DNA from: Macrostomum hystrix
Lineage: Eukaryota; Animalia; Platyhelminthes
NCBI GenBank assembly: GCA_950097015.1
Contig: CATNEN010000038.1
Coordinates: 25,296,001 to 25,360,000 of the forward strand
Reading direction: 5' to 3'
Length of the DNA stretch: 64,000 bases
Position numbers and translations under genes: made by a program
Notes under the pieces: model-generated
The model's database searches: none
What the model was told of the DNA's origin: nothing
The model's input: only the letters and a program-made list of their open reading frames with translations
In this document: positions 50,715-64,000 of the stretch, in pieces
Position numbering within the stretch: the stretch's first letter is position 1
How the letters are laid out: the number at the start of each line of letters is the position of its first letter

Positions 50715-51168
50715 AAGAGGGGATATCTTAAGACAGGGAAATCCCGAGATTGGATATCCTAAGACAGGTAAATCCCGAGATTGGATATCCTAAGACAGGT
50801 AAATCCCGAAATTGGATATCCGAGAACTTGGAAATCCTGAGATGGAATATACTGAGAAATGGAAATCCCGAGATGGGATATCCTGAAAGTTGGAAATCCC
50901 GAGATGGGATATCCTGAAAGTTGGAAATCTCGAGATGGGATATCCTGAAAGTTGGAAATCCCGAGAGGGAATATACTGAGCAATGGCAATTCCAAAATGG
51001 GATATCTTAAGACGGGCAAATGCCGAGATGGGATATCCTGAGACAGGGAATCTCAAGATGGAACATACTTAGAAGGGGAAATCCCGAGATGGGATATCCT
51101 GAGATAGGGAATCTCAAGATGGAACATACTTAAAAGGGGAAATCCCGAGATGGGATATTCTGAGATAG
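50715..51168. repeat. About 31-bp minisatellite (GGAAATCCCGAGATGGGATATCCT...)
   Basis: Directly visible. Confidence 0.88.
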
Positions 51169-51270
51169 TTAAGCCGTCGACGGAAAAACACTAGCTTCTA
51201 GACAAAAACATAATTTTGTAAATAAAAAACTATATTCCTAAACACTCTGGGTACCCATTAAACAAATGAA

Positions 51271-52276
51271 TCAGTGCACTTCTTCTTCATCAACATTATC
51301 AGCCAGATAGACATCGGTGAGGCTGTGCCTATCGAACAATTCTGCCATCAGCTGGTCCAAATTGGCGTTGACACCGCGCAGGCCGCGGCAGACTCGGGCG
51401 GACCAGAGAAAATAGGCTTCGACCCGTTCGCGACTCCAGCCAACCGGCGCGACGCGTTCCAGATCGCGCAGATTGTAAATTTTGTCAGCCGCCTTCACTA
51501 GCTTGGCGCGCATTGAGGCGTGCGGAGCGTGCACAATCTGATTGATGAGGTTGATAAGCGGCTTGTCAATTGGTTTGGCTATTTCGTATTTAGGTTTATA
51601 TTTGAGGCAGCGTTTCTTAAGAAAAAAAGGCTGCCAAAAATACAGTACCGACATTTAACCTCATTTCCACATTCAAATACTGACCAATATACTTAAAAGC
51701 AGATATTTATTTCTTACAACTTATCTAATATGTTGATTAATAGTCCATTTAATAGTTCATGTGAAGATACTTAATAATTTTCAGAAGACCAGCCTTTTTA
51801 TTAAAAAACATAGTTTCACGTAAGAGTGCGTGTTTGAGAATGTATGTGTGTGCTCACGTTGATAGCAAACCACAAATAATGCTGACCTGCAATCGTTTCC
51901 GTTCAGCAACTGGTAGGAGTTTATCGTCGCTGCATTCTCTAACAACCTGAGCTACTGATCGACCAAACAGCTGTTCAAGCTCTTCGAATGTAGTGTCAGT
52001 ATCTTCGACTGTGTCGTGCAGTAAAGCGGCCTCCAGTGCGACAGTGTCAGATATGCCAGCCTCCGCGCTGAGAATTCTGGCAACACCGATCGGATGATTG
52101 ATGTACGGCGTAGCTTCTGGGTCCTTCCTGCGCTGACACTTATGCTTCAAAGCAGCAAAATTTACTGCTTCTAGTAGGCGTGGCAAGCTATCAGAGTTAG
52201 CTAGCTGTTCTGCATTATCTTCTGGTATTTCTTCTTTGGCCGAACCGGATAGTACATTTTGAATTCTTTGATCCAT
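51271..52276 (-). CDS. HDDC3: MESH1 / HD-domain (p)ppGpp and NADPH phosphohydrolase, about 218 aa; complement(join(51271..51537,51887..52276))
   Basis: FAALKHKCQRRKDPEATPYINHPIGVA, AALLHDTVEDTDTT, KLVKAADKIYNLRDL..PVGWS; phase-0 GT-AG intron. Confidence 0.92.
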
Positions 52277-55200
52277 TAGAAGTAATCCTAATATTATTCT
52301 ACAGAGATTTGACACTTAGCAGATGAAGTGATCAAACTGCAATGTTCAAATTTAAATTAAAAAACTGAATTAAAAAACTGAAAGATTTCGAAAGTATTTG
52401 TTAAAAAAATTATTCCACTACAGAGTACAGCTGTGGAGATAAGGTTTATTGTCATCTAATAAATGCTTGAGGGCCAACCTTCAAGGCACAGTGTGATTGA
52501 ACATGTCTATGTCTGTGTCTGTGTCTGAACATGTGTGTGTCTGAAAATTACATTGTCAGGGTAGATGAACAGGCGGAGTGCCCAGTATTCTTGCATATAC
52601 TATTTCAAAATATTAATTACCTTCTTAGGAAAAGTATGATTGATTTTACTATATCTAATATGCATCTTGATTATTACAGTTAGATGTGTAGCCTCTCATT
52701 TTTCTCGACTTATATCCTTACAACTCTGCCTTTAAGAAAAATATAGGCATGTGTTTCATATAGAAAAATAGGTAGGAAATTTGAAATATTGCTTATTGGC
52801 TAGAATTTGTCTATACTTATACTGTTTAAGGAACACTTACTAAAATGCTAACTAGAGAACTATAAAATGAAAATAAATTACACATATGGCTTACACAAAA
52901 ACTAAATTAGTATTATGATCAACATATTATTAAATGTTTAGACTAGACTTCTAAGCAAAACTTTTAAACTAATTATGGTATACAATGCATAAATTCAAGT
53001 TCCTTAAGTCAAACTATTATTCCTATTCAGAAGAAAGTAGCAAATCAGAGAAAAAATTACCAATTTAAAAAAATTCAACACAGTGTGTCTTAAAAAGGAT
53101 GTTCTATACTTAATAGCTTTGTCAAAAATGCTTTCAAATGTGCCCAGGCCAGCTAGGCACTCTTAGGCTGTATCCTTTCAAATTTTTGTTTTTGAGGGTG
53201 CGTTTCTTAGGCTCATTTCTTTGGGTAAAAAGACTATGGTTGACGAAAGTTACATAAAACTTAGTTTCAAACACACACTTGCTACAATTCAAAGTCTAAT
53301 TAGGTGTATGTTTCGGAAAATAAATACTATAAAAAGCTATAAAACCAAACAATAAATACAATAAATATAGGTATTTATACTCGACACCATAGCTAGTCAT
53401 AGACATAGCATAGGTTTACTGGTATAGCTATGACCATAATAAATGACTATAAATCCATACCTGTAGAGTGTATATCTCATATTCTGTATTGACAACACCT
53501 ATTATGAGCTATAAAAATGACTTTCTGGGTTTGTGGGCTATAGAAAAAAATAAAACCGTAGACATAAAGTAGAATGACAACATGCGTCGTGCAGCACGTG
53601 ACAAAATGAACTACGCCTGCTCAGGTGTTTTTGACAAGGACGAGCTCTTAAAAATGATGCTTTCTTGTAAATTTTTACGTTTAAAAACACAAACTGTTGC
53701 ACAATGCGTCGTTAAAAACGCTGCATATGGTAAAACCTTTTAATAAGGAATTACAATGTCTGTGTTGAAGAAAATGACAAAAAATGATTTTTTAGGCGTG
53801 GTAGTTGTAACCTCGTTGCACAGAGTGTTTGGAAATGAAATCATTTTTTGGGAATAATATATATATTGAATAGAGCATCAACGACGTGCCTATTCGTTTA
53901 TTCTTATAAAGGTTGGTTGGGTTAAATGCCTGGAATAACATAAGAATAGAGACAATGGTAGATTGGCTATATATAATACTGAGTAGCAGAAAGATAGATA
54001 AATATATATTCATGTTTGTTTATAAATAAACAAAGTAATGAGAAATTCTTTATAAAAAATACCTTTAGGTCCTTCGATCGTTATATATTGTATTCACAAG
54101 AAGTATAATGCAATTCCGCACGATGAATTGCTGTAGCGTATGTGAATCCGATATTAATAAGTATAAGTCTGCAACACACCATTTTACTTCCTATTTTGAA
54201 CATTAAAGTCTGGTTCAAAAGAAGCTAAATTAAGCAGAACTTCAATTCAAACACTTTAATTAAGAAATCTCAGCGCTTGCGGAAACTCAATTTATACAAT
54301 GCCCTATTTATATATGCAGAGGAAACTCAAATCAGACTGTCTATGGTCAAAACGAAGCCTGAGAGACGCTCAGAGACGCTGAGAGAATCAGATTGAAGTG
54401 CATTTTTCGATGAAAACAGATGAAAACAAAAACATGTCGATGAATGTTTAAGATCAGGAAATTGTAAAGCAGAATCTGGACAATTTAATTGTCTGTTGCT
54501 TAACTTAAGCCACCTAACCGTCCATTGGCCCGGCAGAGATGTAGCCATTGAGGCTGCTACGCCACGATATTTTCCTCTAATTCCGCATAAACATCATCGA
54601 TTCCATCTTCAATATAGAAATTTACTTATTAAAATATTTTAAACTGTAAAAATCGAGTGTCAACATAGAAATTATATCTCTGTTTCTTTTGAATTTCAAA
54701 TCTGCGTGTTAGTTTCATGATCTGTGATAGTTTTGGACATAGACAGTCTCAAATGAATTAAATTTTCTTTGTTTCAGTAAAATGGGAATTAGTTTGAATT
54801 GAGTTACCTGGCTTTGTTAATTTAAAATAGGAGGTAAAATGGTGTAACTATTATAAATTTATTTTAATTGCTAATAATAGTAGCTTTATGAAATGAATTT
54901 TATAAGCGCACGTGGAATATCCTAACACGATCAATTTACGATATTTAATTATGTTGATTGCACGTTGGCAAAAGTTTTATTCAAGCCATAAGTTGTAATT
55001 CTAATTTGGTTAGTAATATAGCTTGGACATTAATTGCGCAATTAAACCATATCTGTTGGTATTATAAGGATTGTGTTCTAGAATCCAAACAACACAAATA
55101 TTACAATTCATTAATTCGTTAAAAATGAGCTATGACGTCTTAACAGACCCCTTTAATTTGATATGAATTCATGTTCCAACTCGATTCCCTAATTTGCTGA

Positions 55201-55689
55201 TCAAGTTTCTACCGTCGCGCCAACCTGCAGCTGTTAAATTCCTACATATGTTTGATAACGCGAAACAAAGAGACCCGCGCGGTGCAAATAAACGGAAAAA
55301 TCAAAACACTCAAGCTGCTGGAAACTAGCATCTGCCATTAAATATCTGGCTCGTATGTTTTTTGAAGAGTTTATTTACATTTCTGATCGCTAACTTTTAT
55401 CGCATCTGCATATATAGATTTGCCTTTATATACTGTTGACCTCTGTTGAACTTACACTACTTACACTATATAAGGTTTCTATAGCAGATTTCTAATAGTT
55501 TGCATCAACGAGCTATAGTTGTGAATGTTCGAATTACATTAAAAAATCACACTTTATAATCTTATTCATAAGCAAGTGGGTCCGCAAAGGAAATGATCAA
55601 TCAGCACTTTTAGAAAAAGGTTGTTCCCATGCGAATTCAGTGTAACTCAGTGGAAAATTTTACTTTTCACCAAAAAACTATTATAGGCT

Positions 55690-56150
55690 GAATTCCAACC
55701 TTAGTTCAGAGGTTTGGCCAGATGACCGAGACCGAGTATGCGAGATGCGTAGAAGAAAGAGTTTGTTAGTTAGACGTTCCTGGCCGGGCAGGTCCGGGGG
55801 TCGGGTCAGCGACCCTATCGCCTGGAGATAGGACAGGACACGGGGGCCGTCGTCGGACAGGATGGTAGCGTCGGGTTAGGGCCGAGGACGCGGTTGCGGG
55901 TCTGGGCGTGAGCTGGGCATTCCAGCATCACATGCTTCAGGTCCTCCTCCTGGTGTCCGCAGTGCCCGCAGGACGCGGGCTGTTCTTGGTCAATCCGGTG
56001 GCGGTACTGGGCCAGCAGAGGCGAGTGGCCCGTGCGAAGTTGCGCTAGCGTGATCAGCTCGCGTCTGCTGAGAGTCGCCTCGGATCTGCGGTCGTCGCGG
56101 AAGGCAGCGCGGTGCGTCCGGCATTGCGGGTCCGCTTCGTAGGCAAGAAG
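55690..56150 (-). mobile_element. 5'-truncated non-LTR retrotransposon fragment (I/R1-group-like ORF2 C-terminus)
   Basis: Minus strand translates as LAQLRTGHSPLLAQYRHRI...CGHCGHQEEDLKHVMLECP (CCHC knuckle); GC-rich island. Confidence 0.75.
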
Positions 56151-56164
56151 ACTAGAAGACCGAG

Positions 56165-57003
56165 TCGCTGACGTTGTCGCCCAATCTGCCGGCCGAGATT
56201 CTGCTCCGGGACGACAGCGGCCACGGGACCCCGCTCCCGAGGTGCCGCCAGTTTGTTTATCTCGGCAGACTTGAGCCAGATGTGAGTGATGATTTGGCGA
56301 CTGCGGACGGTGCCGCTCTCGGGCGCGCTGACGGACAGCGCCAGTTTGCAGCTCTTCCGGGCGGTCGTTGATACCGTATACTGCTCTATAAATGCGGAGA
56401 ATTTGACTCTGACGGTGGCGCGCTGCGTTTGGCGTCTACAGCTGCTGCCCTGAGCCTGTGGACTCCGCAGGGACCGCGGAAAGGGACGATCGGCCCGCTA
56501 CATCGACCCGCTTCTCTCCGACGCGGCTGCCCCGAGCCAGGCTGACGGGGGTGCAATATCACAAGCTGGAAATTTCACAAGCTCGAACTTTCACAACGTC
56601 GAAACTTTATAAGCCCGAAATAAGGTCGAAAGTGAGTAGAAATCTTGATTACTTTAATTGACTTCAAATATTTTATTTAAACAGGCTTTCCTCTGGTTTC
56701 CTTCATGTTTTGTTATTGTTGTTATATCGAGTGTCGAGCTATTCGATTGTTGAATTATGCTAAAATGATGGGACAAAAGCTCTGAGTAGTAATTCATTTT
56801 GGTAATGTATTGATTAGAAATTATTACTGTTTAATAAGGTACTCGTTGGTGTATTGTGAAGTTTCGAGCTTGTGAACCCCCCCCCGACTGAAGGACTGGC
56901 TCCATGTCCGCGAACTATAATAGTAGCCATTAATTAAGCGCGCGTTTTGACGCTCCCTCGTTTGTGGGCCACTGCGTGGCTTGTAGGTTATTATTATTAT
57001 TTT
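56165..57003 (+). mobile_element. Decayed RTE-like LINE 3' fragment with (TTA)n tail, interrupted by an inverted-repeat element
   Basis: QFVYLG and LLYNAENLTLT-like motifs (compare FKYLG and LLYGxETWTL); frameshifted; TTATTATTATTAT near 56990. Confidence 0.5.
56547..56885. mobile_element. Putative MITE with G-run/C-run ends and TCACAAGCTCGAA-type inverted repeats
   Basis: TCACAAGCTCGAACTTTCACAA near 56576 versus TTGTGAAGTTTCGAGCTTGTGA near 56855; GAC on both flanks. Confidence 0.55.
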
Positions 57004-57574
57004 ATGTTTTAAGAATATTTTTTTGTATTTCTATTCTATTCTTATCAAATTTATTTTGCAATCGATTTACAATAACACAAGAAAAAAACAGAACTAAAAC
57101 TAGTGCATAAATCATCTGACAAGCAATTTTTTATTTAAACGCGCTGAAAACTGTTTCTGCTGTCAAAACCGTTGCAGCAACAGCAGCAGCAGCAGTATTG
57201 CTTTAGATAATGCACGCTTTTGTGTCTCCAAAAAGTTCTATCTACTTTAATTCCTCGAGTAGTCTTGGCGTTGACATGCACACAAATATAATGGTTGCTC
57301 AACTGTAGTTTATAAAGAATTACGTAATCATTGTGATATGCATTTTAGAATTGTTTTCTTTGAGAAAAATTATATAGCAGCAAAGTGTTGATCTTAGCAG
57401 CAAAAAACTGAGGTGAAAGAAAAAGCATAAACTGTTAGAAGAAGACAATTTGTACGCGCTAAAGGTTCTGAGGTCATGCTAACTTTGCACAATTGCACGC
57501 TCGTGCGGTGTTGAAAAAAACTGTCACTAGAAAATGCTCATATTTGCAAAGAACATTATCTTCAGACTAAAAGA

Positions 57575-57972
57575 CTAGGTCATAATTGACAGGGTCATGA
57601 AATACAGGGTCACAAAAGACTGGCTCATAAAAGTCTGGGTCCTTATAGACTGGGTCATAAAACATAGGGTCATAGAAGAAAGGGTCATAATTGAGAATGG
57701 ACCATAAATGACATGGTCATAAAACACAGGGTCATAAAACACAGGGTCATAAAAGACAGGGTCATAAAAGACAGGGTCATAAAAGACAGGGTCATAAATG
57801 ACAGGGTCATAAAAGACAGGGTCATAAATGACAGGGTCATAAAAGACAGGGTCATAAATGACAGGGTCATAAAAGACAGGGTCATAAATGACAGGGTCAT
57901 AAAAAACAAGGTCATAAAAGACAGGGTCATAAAAGACAGGGTTCATAAAACACAGGGTCATAAAACACAGGG
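57575..57972. repeat. 15-bp minisatellite GACAGGGTCATAAAA
   Basis: Directly visible. Confidence 0.93.
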
Positions 57973-59405
57973 TCTATTCCACATCAGAGACAGTGTCTAT
58001 TCCACATCAGAGACTGCAGTGTCTATTCCACATCAGAGACTGCAGTGTCTATTCCACATCAGAGACTGCAGTGTCTATTCCACATCAGAGACAGTGTCTA
58101 TTCCACATCAGAGACTGCAGTGTCTATTCCACATCAGAGACTGCAGTGTCTATTCCACATCAGAGACTGCAGTGTCTATTCCACATCAGAGACTGCAGTG
58201 TCTATTCCACATCAGAGACTGCAGTGTCTATTCCACATCAGAGACTGCAGTGTCTATTCCACATCAGAGACAGCAGTGTCTATTCCACATCAGAGACTGC
58301 AGTGTCTATTCCACATCAGAGACAGCAGTGTCTATTCCACATCAGAGACAGTGTCTATTCCACATCAGAGACTGCAGTGTCTATTCCACATCAGAGACTG
58401 CAGTGTCTATTCCACATCAGAGACTGCAGTGTCTATTCCACATCAGAGACAGTGTCTATTCCACATCAGAGACAGCAGTGTCTATTCCACATCAGAGACT
58501 GCAGTGTCTATTCCACATCAGAGACAGTGTCTATTCCACATCAGAGACTGCAGTGTCTATTCCACATCAGAGACAGTGTCTATTCCACATCAGAGACTGC
58601 AGTGTCTATTCCACATCAGAGACTGCAGTGTCTATTCCACATCAGAGACAGTGTCTATTCCACATCAGAGACAGCAGTGTCTATTCCACATCAGAGACAG
58701 TGTCTATTCCACATCAGAGACTGCAGTGTCTATTCCACATCAGAGACAGTGTCTATTCCACATCAGAGACTGCAGTGTCTATTCCACATCAGAGACAGTG
58801 TCTATTCCACATCAGAGACTGCAGTGTCTATTCCACATCAGAGACAGTGTCTATTCCACATCAGAGACTGCAGTGTCTATTCCACATCAGAGACTGCAGT
58901 GTCTATTCCACATCAGAGACAGCAGTGTCTATTCCACATCAGAGACAGTGTCTATTCCACATCAGAGACTGCAGTGTCTATTCCACATCAGAGACAGCAG
59001 TGTCTATTCCACATCAGAGACAGCAGTGTCCATTCCACATCAGAGACAGTGTCTATTCCACATCAGAGACTGCAGTGTCTATTCCACATCAGAGACTGCA
59101 GTGTCTATTCCACATCAGAGACAGTGTCTATTCCACATCAGAGACTGCAGTGTCTATTCCACATCAGAGACTGCAGTGTCTATTTCACATCAGAGACAGC
59201 AGTGTCTATTCCACATCAGAGACAGTGTCTATTCCACATCAGAGACTGCAGTGTCTATTCCACATCAGAGACAGCAGTGTCTATTCCACATCAGAGACAG
59301 CAGTGTCTATTCCACATCAGAGACAGTGTCTATTCCACATCAGAGACTGCAGTGTCTATTCCACATCAGAGACTGCAGTGTCTATTCCACATCAGAGACA
59401 GTGTC
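57972..59405. repeat. 23/26-bp minisatellite GTCTATTCCACATCAGAGAC[TGC|AGC|-]AGT
   Basis: Directly visible; three recurring unit types. Confidence 0.97.
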
Positions 59406-60042
59406 GCTATTCCACAGCGAAGACAGACACATTCCGTGCTTATTTTTCGCAGGTAGCCAATTAAAACCTGGCATATTTCTCTAAAGAAACTGATAACAGT
59501 GTTTGCCCCTTATCCTTCTTTATTTTCTCGTCTCGTGTTCCTATTGGCTGGCGGGACCTCTCTAAGCCCGTACGTAGATTTTATTCTGAAGTTTTAAACA
59601 CCAGCGCGTAAGAGGGAACTGCGAAAGAAAGATTCGGTTTTTTCAAGTTAATAACAAACAGACATAAAATGTCGCATGTACTTTATCGATTAGAAAATTA
59701 ATTAAGTTATTAAAGGACGATATTAAGGTCATTTTAGAATGATTAGGAGTAGATCATCGCATCAATCTGTTACTCCTGCTTTTATGACAGAAAAATGTCT
59801 GAAGTCAACTAGATTTATTGGTAATGGCCAAGTACTAACTGCTGCTGCTGTTACTTCTGTCGAACCCGAAAGAAGAGTTCGCATTGTTGCTAGTAGAAAC
59901 TGGACTGACAGTGGGAGCGAGTCTTCAGGTAATCAATCAAGTTTTTTTTTACAGAAACTAGTTAAGCTAAATAAATCTATGTATTAAGCGGGTTAACTCT
60001 AATCTTCAATGAGTAAAACCAGTTCAACCATCGATGTATATC

Positions 60043-60850
60043 TCAGTTGACTACCGCAATCGGGTCAGCTGACCTCCCTTGACTTTAGTCAATTGACCCC
60101 CCCTTGGTTTTACGAGCTATTCGTAAACGAGCTACTTGAATATTATGACGCTATTGATTTTTGTCAGTTGACCCCTTTTGGTTTAGATCTTCGAATCCTC
60201 CGCCAAGTAGGTCAGTTGACCTCCTTGATATTAGCCAGTTGACCCCCTTGATTTAAGTCAGTTGACCCCTTGATTTGAGTCAGTTGACCCCCTTGATTTG
60301 AGTCAGTTGACCCCCTTGATTTGAGTCAGTTGACCCCCTTGATTTGAGTCAGTTGACCCCCTTTGGTTTATCCTTGGAACCCTGCGCAAAGTAGGTTAGT
60401 TGACCCCTTGATTTTAGACAGTTGACCCCATTGACTTGAGTCAGTTGACCCCTTGATTTTAGTCAGTTGACCCCCTTGATTTGAGTCAGTTTACCCCCTT
60501 GATTTGAGTCAGTTGACCCCTTGATTTGAGTAAGTTGACTCCCGTGATTTGAATCAGTTGACCCCCTTGATTTGAGTCAGTTGACCCCCTTGATTTGAGT
60601 CAGTTGACCCCCTTTGGTTCATTCTTTGAACCCTGCGCAAAGTAGGTTAGTTGACCCCTTGATTTTAGACAGTTGACCCCATTGATTTGAGTCAGTTGAC
60701 CCTCTTGGTTTTTGTCAGTTGACCCCTTGATTTGAGTCAGTTGACCCCCTTGATTTGAGTCAGTTGACCCTCTTGGTTTTTGTCAGTTGACCTTCTTCAT
60801 TTCGATTTTAACCAATTGAACCCCTTGATTTTTATTTTAGTCAGTTGATC
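60043..60850. repeat. 22-23-bp minisatellite GATTTGAGTCAGTTGACCCCCTT
   Basis: Directly visible. Confidence 0.9.
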
Positions 60851-61856
60851 CATCTCAATATAGTTTAACTAGGCTCTTGATTGCCTGAAGTAAATGACCC
60901 ACGTCAAAAAACCTGACAATTAATCTGTAACTTAAAATAGATAAAAATCTAAAATTCGAGACCTCGATCCCTCATCATAGTATTTATTGTCCCCCCGCAG
61001 TATTATTTTCTGATTTTATCAATCAACATTCCTAATTAGCATTCTGAAACGCAATATTTCAAATGAAATTATCAGCTGGGTGATAGGTTATGGTTCGGAC
61101 AACTTGACAACTTGTTAGTTGCTAACCGGTTGCTAGGGTCCCTCCAGCGGCAGTTTAATTTTCATCTAGGCTTCATAAAATTTAGTTTATTATCTAGTAT
61201 TTAGTAGCTAACAAAGAGACCGACCTAGCCTGGGCTGTGTCATAGTTTTATTATTATCGACTTTTGAACTCGTTGAAACTTTGTTTTATAACGCTGACTA
61301 TAGATAGTAGACAATTTCGATCACGCAGGCTTGACTGACTGATTAATTAATACTCGTAAACTTGACGTTATTGTCATTCGTATGTAATGCGGCTAGAGTG
61401 AATTCGATTTCATCAACATCTACAACTTGCAATATGTCTGACATATAAAAAAATGCTACCCAATGAACTCAAAAGAGCTCAAAATTTAAAGATACAATTC
61501 CTTCCTTATAGCGGGAAGGATGAAATGACTCAGCTTGGATCACAATAAAAATTTTTCGACTCAATCTTTGATTTGCCAAGCACTCGTAGTTCTGGTAGGA
61601 TTATGTAATGCTTTGTGTACATATAAGGGAATATTATCTAGTGACTTCAAGCGAGAGCAGAAGATGGGACCAGACTATAAAATAGAAGCATTTAATCTGA
61701 AGGAATGCGTAAATAATCCCTAGGATCAAAAATATTTTGGAAGGAGAAAGTGGGTGACTCAATCTAATTTTTGGACTGCCAAATCAAAGATAACATTGCT
61801 TCTTCCGCTACTGCTGTGTGCTACTGCCGAGGTTATCCTTAGCTTCATCAGAATTG

Positions 61857-62039
61857 TCTGTCTGTCTATCTATCTATCTATCTGTCTATCTATCTATCTA
61901 TCTATCTATCTGTCTATCTATCTGTCTATCTATCTATCTATCTATCTGTCTATCTATCTATCTATCGATATATCTATCTATCTATCTGTCTATCTATCTA
62001 TCTATCTATCTATCTATATATCCATCTGTCTATCTATCA

Positions 62040-62087
<48 letters not shown>

Positions 62088-62107
62088 GTCTATCTATCAA
62101 TCTATCA

Positions 62108-62141
<34 letters not shown>

Positions 62142-62192
62142 ATATCTATCTGTCTATCTATCTATCTATCTGTCTATCTATATATCCATCTG

Positions 62193-62228
<36 letters not shown>

Positions 62229-62345
62229 CCTGTCTATCTATCTATCTGTCTATCTATATATCCATCTGTCTATCTATCAATCAATCTATCTATCTATCTA
62301 TCTATCGACATCTACTCTCTATCTATCGACATCTACTCTCTATCT
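61857..62345. repeat. (TCTA)n microsatellite
   Basis: Directly visible. Confidence 0.97.
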
Positions 62346-62994
62346 AAAATCCTAACAACTATCAATCTAAGCATTACCACAACTAAATCTCCAAAGCCGA
62401 ATGTTGCAACAATGAGTAACTTGAAACTCAGGAAATCCATTAAATTTCTGCGCAAGTCCCACTTGAAGGTAAAAAAATACTGTGTCTTTATTGTGCCTTT
62501 CCACTATGCAGATTGGTAGCGACGATCTACAACGGTGGACACCGTTTTGCAGTTTTGCACAATGTTAGACAAGAAATAATTGGGATTCACTGCGAAATAT
62601 GGGAAGTCGAAAAAACACTGACTAAGCTTCTAGCTCGTATACCATTCTTCGATGCACTCGCCGAATCTGCATCCCAAACTTGCCCACGTCGTGTGTGGCG
62701 AGAGGAAATTGAATTGGTGAATATATTTCTTTTATGAATGTTCTGTTCATCTTCTCTTCTGCGCATTGAGATGAATTTTAGAAAAAATCAAAGAATATTG
62801 TTGCCTAGCTAGGAACACCAGAAGCGCAATACGTTTATAGGACCTTATTCACCTGAATTTGCCCAGCAACTAAATGTAGGGAAAATGCGTTTAAATGCTT
62901 GATCTATTTGACGATCAAGGGGCAAGTGTTTAGATTATTTCACCCAACCAGAAACTTATACTATTCGTTTATTCATGCTCTGTTGTTACTTTTT

Positions 62995-64000
62995 GGTCTC
63001 CCTCTCTCCTCTCTTCTCTTTGCTCTCTCCTCTCTCCTCTCTCCTCTCTACTCTCTCCTCTCTTCTCTTTGCTCTCTCCTCTCTCCTCTCTCCTCTCTTC
63101 TCTTTGCTCTCTCCTCTCTCCTCTCTACTCTCTTCTATTTGCTCTCTCCTCTCTCCTCTCTCCTCTCTTCTCTTTGCTCTCTCCTCTCTCCTCTCTACTC
63201 TCTTCTATTTGCTCTCTCCTCTCTCCTATCTCCTCTTTCAACTCTCCTCTCTTCTCTTTGCTCTCTCCTCTCTCCTATCTCCTCTTTCAACTCTCCTCTC
63301 TTCTCTTTGCTCTCTCCTCTCTCCTATCTCCTCTTTCAACTCTCCTCTCTTCTCTTTGCTCTCTCCTCTCTCCTATCTCCTCTTTCAACTCTCCTCTCTT
63401 CTCTTTGCTCTCTCCTCTCTCCTCTCTCCTCTCTTCTCTTTGCTCTCTCCTCTCTCCTATCTCCTCTTTCAACTCTCCTCTCTTCTCTTTGCTCTCTCCT
63501 CTCTCCTATCTCCTCTTTCAACTCTCCTCTCTTCTCTTTGCTCTCTCCTCTCTCCTATCTCCTCTTTCAACTCTCCTCTCTTCTCTTTGCTCTCTCCTCT
63601 CTCCTCTCTCCTCTCTTCTCTTTGCTCTCTCCTCTCTCCTCTCTACTCTCTTCTATTTGCTCTCTCCTCTCTCCTCTCTCCTCTCTTCTCTTTGCTCTCT
63701 CCTCTCTCCTCTCTACTCTCTTCTATTTGCTCTCTCCTCTCTCCTATCTCCTCTTTCAACTCTCCTCTCTTCTCTTTGCTCTCTCCTCTCTCCTATCTCC
63801 TCTTTCAACTCTCCTCTCTTCTCTTTGCTCTCTCCTCTCTCCTATCTCCTCTTTCAACTCTCCTCTCTTCTCTTTGCTCTCTCCTCTCTCCTATCTCCTC
63901 TTTCAACTCTCCTCTCTTCTCTTTGCTCTCTCCTCTCTCCTATCTCCTCTTTCAACTCTCCTCTCTTCTCTTTGCTCTCTCCTCTCTCCTCTCTCCTCTC
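62995..64000. repeat. CT-rich polypyrimidine repeat (open at window end)
   Basis: Directly visible. Confidence 0.96.

Noticed and set aside
57713-59484. 479-583-aa ORFs in three frames
   Set aside because: Stop-free minisatellite; unit lengths 23 and 26 are not multiples of 3.
61754-62519. (IYLS)n ORFs
   Set aside because: Translation of the (TCTA)n microsatellite.

Overview
This is eukaryotic, intron-containing animal DNA. GC-rich poly-Q/poly-A exons and minisatellite-filled introns suggest a flatworm such as Macrostomum (inference only). In order, the window holds: (1) two arrays of a 31-bp satellite with kb-scale higher-order structure, within a near-identical 9,494-bp tandem duplication that gives one truncated and one intact 4-exon Mn-CDF/MTP-type transporter gene with a degenerate metal site; (2) a co-oriented minus-strand trio, CCDC13 > PPIL3 > SENP6/7-like, in which PPIL3 has no genomic ATG, consistent with an AUG supplied by a spliced leader; (3) a young, intact 8.8-kb Ty3/Gypsy element with 805-bp LTRs, a 4-bp TSD, a GGGAAAC -1 frameshift plus pseudoknot, a non-env third ORF behind an apparent internal promoter, and three stacked 'LTR terminus + tRNA-Leu PBS-like' units at the U5 end; (4) a MESH1/HDDC3 gene, several MITEs, tRNA-headed CORE-like SINEs, LINE fragments and many minisatellites. 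The best candidate for an undescribed system is the Gypsy U5 att/PBS array together with its accessory ORF3. All calls were made by eye; no database searches were run.
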